Source: Bacillota bacterium (lineage in GTDB: Bacteria; Patescibacteriota; Minisyncoccia; Phycocordibacterales; Phycocordibacteraceae). Taken from it: a stretch of DNA of 64,000 bases. The stretch spans positions 58,236 through 122,235 of the forward strand of contig JBLNCF010000012.1 in assembly GCA_050260455.1 (NCBI GenBank), written 5' to 3'. Below are positions 61,574 through 64,000 of the stretch, piece by piece. Below the pieces are notes generated by a model that saw nothing but the letters and a program-made list of their open reading frames with translations, was not told where the DNA came from and did not search any database. Each line of letters starts with the position of its first letter. The first letter of the stretch is position 1. A program made the translations under genes and the position numbers.

Positions 61574-61714
61574 TCACGCGCGTCGCTTGGCTTCCTCGTC
61601 ATCATCCGAACCTTGGAATGATCCCCACAGGGTGGAGATGGCCGGCAGCAGGATAATCACGATGCCAAGAGCGAGCACGATCTGAACGCGATGAGTAGCG
61701 ATCCAGGTGCCCAT
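61574..61714 (-). CDS. 46-aa single-TM 'WIxxH' micropeptide
   Basis: SD GGGAGG-acaccac-ATG; MGTWIATHRVQIVLALGIVIILLPAISTLWGSFQGSDDDEEAKRRA; hairpin at about 61536-61565 downstream. Confidence 0.65.
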   Translation of the reverse strand: MGTWIATHRVQIVLALGIVIILLPAISTLWGSFQGSDDDEEAKRRA

Positions 61715-61825
61715 GTGGTGTCCTCCCTGGGGCTGACCATACTCCCCGGTCCCGCTTCACGCAATCTTTGGAGGTATTCAGCGACTCTGTATAATGACAA
61801 GCGATTCTTATAATCGCTCACTTGT

Positions 61826-62386
61826 ATGACTATCCTCTATATCATCATTGCCGCCGTCATCGTGGTGCTTGTCTGGGTGGTGGCCGCGTTCAATGGCTTC
61901 GTATCTAAGGTAAACCGCACGAAGGAAGCGTGGGCAGATATTGATGTGCAGCTGAAGCGCCGCTACGATCTCATCCCTAACCTTGTCGAAACGGTAAAGG
62001 GCTATGCTGCACACGAATCGCAGGCGTTTGAGAACGTTACGAAGGCACGTGCTGCAGCCATGGGTGCTACGGGTGCCGCACAGAAGGCCGAGGCGGAGAA
62101 TGCGCTCACGGGCACGCTCAAGTCACTCTTTGCGGTCGCAGAGGCATACCCCCAGCTGAAGGCGAACGAGAATTTCCTTCAGCTTCAGAAGGAGCTCGGT
62201 GATACCGAGGATAAAATCCAGGCAGCACGCCGCTTCTACAACAGCAACGTGCAGGATCTTAATACGTCCATCCAGTCGTTCCCTGGCAACCTCATTGCCA
62301 ACATGTTCGGGTTTAAAGCGATGGATCTATTCCAGCTCGGGGTAGGTGAAGAGGCTGCACGCGAGCCAGTAAAAGTGTCATTCTAA
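61826..62386 (+). CDS. lemA: LemA family protein
   Basis: W..IDVQLKRR.DLIPNLV.TVKGYA.HE and YP.LKA..NF. Confidence 0.95.
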   Translation: MTILYIIIAAVIVVLVWVVAAFNGFVSKVNRTKEAWADIDVQLKRRYDLIPNLVETVKGYAAHESQAFENVTKARAAAMGATGAAQKAEAENALTGTLKSLFAVAEAYPQLKANENFLQLQKELGDTEDKIQAARRFYNSNVQDLNTSIQSFPGNLIANMFGFKAMDLFQLGVGEEAAREPVKVSF

Positions 62387-62431
62387 GGAGTCTTCAGCGT
62401 CTCCTTAGAAAGGAACGCTTACTCTTGTTTC

Positions 62432-63328
62432 ATGGCTACTCTCTACCAGGAACGCTCAAGTAATGTCTGGCGCACCGCTATCTTGATGGCGGTGTTCCTC
62501 GCGTTTGTTATCGGCATCGGGTATGCCGTTGCCTGGTACTACAACTCACCGACCATTCTCTATGCCGCGATCATCTTTGCGGTGGGCATGAACTTCTATA
62601 GCTATTGGTTCAGCGACAAGCAGGTGCTCTCGATGACGACCGCACGGCCTGCGTCGCGTGAAGAGTTCTTCGACTTCTACACGGTTGCAGAGAACATGGC
62701 GATAACATCTGGCATCCCGATGCCCAAGCTATATGTCATTGAGGATCCCGCACCGAATGCGTTTGCGACCGGCCGAGATGAAAAGCATGCGGTGGTGTGC
62801 GCTACCACCGGACTCCTTGCCATGATGACGCGCCCAGAACTTGAGGGTGTGATCGCACATGAGATGTCGCACATCAAGAACCGCGACATCCTCGTGATGA
62901 CGGTCGCAGTGGTACTCGCGGGCTTCCTTGCTATCGTCGCCGACATCTTCCTGCGCATGTCGTTCTGGGGCGGTCGCGATCGCGATCGAGAGGGTGGAGG
63001 ACTTCTTATGGTCCTCGCCATCGTCGGCATCATTCTCGCGCCTATCGCTGCGCAGCTCATCCAGCTCGCCATCTCTCGCCGCCGCGAATACCTTGCAGAC
63101 GCCTCCGGCGCGCTCCTCACACGCTATCCGGAGGGTCTCGCTTCAGCGCTCGCCAAGATTGGCAACTACCCGGCTCCCATGGAGCATGCAAGTCATGCGA
63201 CCGCACATCTTTTCATCGGAGATCCGTTTAAGGCAGAGGAGAAATCGAATTGGATCAATAATCTTTTTTCGACCCATCCTCCTATCAAGGATCGCATCCA
63301 GCAGCTCCTCCATCCGGACGGCAAATAA
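62432..63328 (+). CDS. htpX: Zn metalloprotease HtpX (M48)
   Basis: PNAFATG, HEMSH, SR.REYLAD and FSTHPP. Confidence 0.93.
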   Translation: MATLYQERSSNVWRTAILMAVFLAFVIGIGYAVAWYYNSPTILYAAIIFAVGMNFYSYWFSDKQVLSMTTARPASREEFFDFYTVAENMAITSGIPMPKLYVIEDPAPNAFATGRDEKHAVVCATTGLLAMMTRPELEGVIAHEMSHIKNRDILVMTVAVVLAGFLAIVADIFLRMSFWGGRDRDREGGGLLMVLAIVGIILAPIAAQLIQLAISRRREYLADASGALLTRYPEGLASALAKIGNYPAPMEHASHATAHLFIGDPFKAEEKSNWINNLFSTHPPIKDRIQQLLHPDGK

Positions 63329-63357
63329 CGGAAGAGTGTGCTATAACAGCTCCTAAC

Positions 63358-63447
63358 GGAGGCGTCGCATAGTGGTCTAGTGCGCCCGCTTGGAAAGCGG
63401 GTAAGGGGTAAAACCCTTCGAGAGTTCGAATCTCTCCGCCTCCGCCA
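63358..63447 (+). tRNA. tRNA-Ser(GGA) with encoded CCA
   Basis: Acceptor stem GGAGGCG/CGCCTCC; anticodon arm CCCGC-TTGGAAA-GCGGG; long variable arm; TTCGAAT. Confidence 0.95.
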
Positions 63448-63498
63448 CATTCGGGGATAGTTGATTGCACTCATAACAGCCCGTGTCATAGTTTGGGC

Positions 63499-64000
63499 AT
63501 GAAAACCTATAAATACCTGGGCATCATCACGGTGCTCTACGTCGCGTTCCAGCTCGTTTCCGACGTCACTGCCGGAAAGATCGTGCAACTCGGTATTTTC
63601 ACCGTATCGGTGACAGCGTTGTATTTCCCGTTCACGTATATCTTCGCTGACGTGCTGACGGAGGTATATGGGTATGCGAAAGCGCGAAGCGTGGTGTGGC
63701 AGGTCCTGTTCGCTTCAGTGCTCGCCGGTCTCATCTACCAACTCGTGATATGGCTTCCACCTGCCAGTGGTTTCGATGCGAACGATGCCTATGTTCGCGT
63801 ACTAGGTTCGGTACCCCGCATCCTTCTCGGCGGGTGGGTCGCGGTGTGGGTCGGCGGCATCCTGAACGACTACATCATGGCTAAGATGAAGGTTCTGACA
63901 AAGGGCAAATATCTTTGGACCCGCACCATCGGTTCCACTATTGTAGGAGAGTTCGCAAACACCGCGCTCTTCTACTCCATCGCTTTGTATGCTGTTCTGC
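63499..64000 (+). CDS. Queuosine precursor transporter (YhhQ/VUT family), 3' truncated
   Basis: FPFTYIFADVLTEVYGY..AR, VPRI and LW.RTIGST.VGE. Confidence 0.88.
   Translation, partial: MKTYKYLGIITVLYVAFQLVSDVTAGKIVQLGIFTVSVTALYFPFTYIFADVLTEVYGYAKARSVVWQVLFASVLAGLIYQLVIWLPPASGFDANDAYVRVLGSVPRILLGGWVAVWVGGILNDYIMAKMKVLTKGKYLWTRTIGSTIVGEFANTALFYSIALYAVL

Noticed and set aside
63448-63498. preQ1 riboswitch before the queuosine precursor transporter
   Set aside because: The gap is filled by a promoter-like TTGCAC...CATAGT-N6-ATG; there is no preQ1 stem or A-rich tail.

Overview
A 64 kb chromosomal segment of a small-genome bacterium, most likely Patescibacteria/CPR (Parcubacteria-like; inferred from gene content and style, not from a search). 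It uses genetic code 11. Housekeeping genes: prfB, ftsEX, pyrG, typA, mltG, a DEAD-box helicase, rnj, secG, groES/EL, lemA, htpX, tRNA-Gln and tRNA-Ser. Repair and stress genes: lexA-dinB-nei, nth, mutY, an AlkB-like gene, msrA/B, bcp, DsbA and VKOR. It also carries an ECF sigma-linked ApbE/FMN-binding/RnfD-FNR flavinylation module and MFS, RND and ABC transporters. Main observations: (1) Core genes have no Shine-Dalgarno (SD), and many appear leaderless, with a TAnnnT -10 box 6-7 nt before the ATG. (2) About a dozen scattered accessory genes are stand-alone cassettes with a strong SD, mostly with their own promoter and terminator. They include a Caulobacter-like GcrA cell-cycle regulator, a proteobacterial DapD with an unknown N-terminal domain, and a cluster of unannotated 'WIxxH' membrane micropeptides. 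(3) An unannotated rod-shaped ncRNA, probably 6S RNA, lies at about 49.4-49.6 kb. (4) Two perfect GGTGAAC-N4-GTTCACC LexA boxes are present. No CRISPR array, rRNA, integrase or transposase was seen. All family assignments come from motif recognition by eye.
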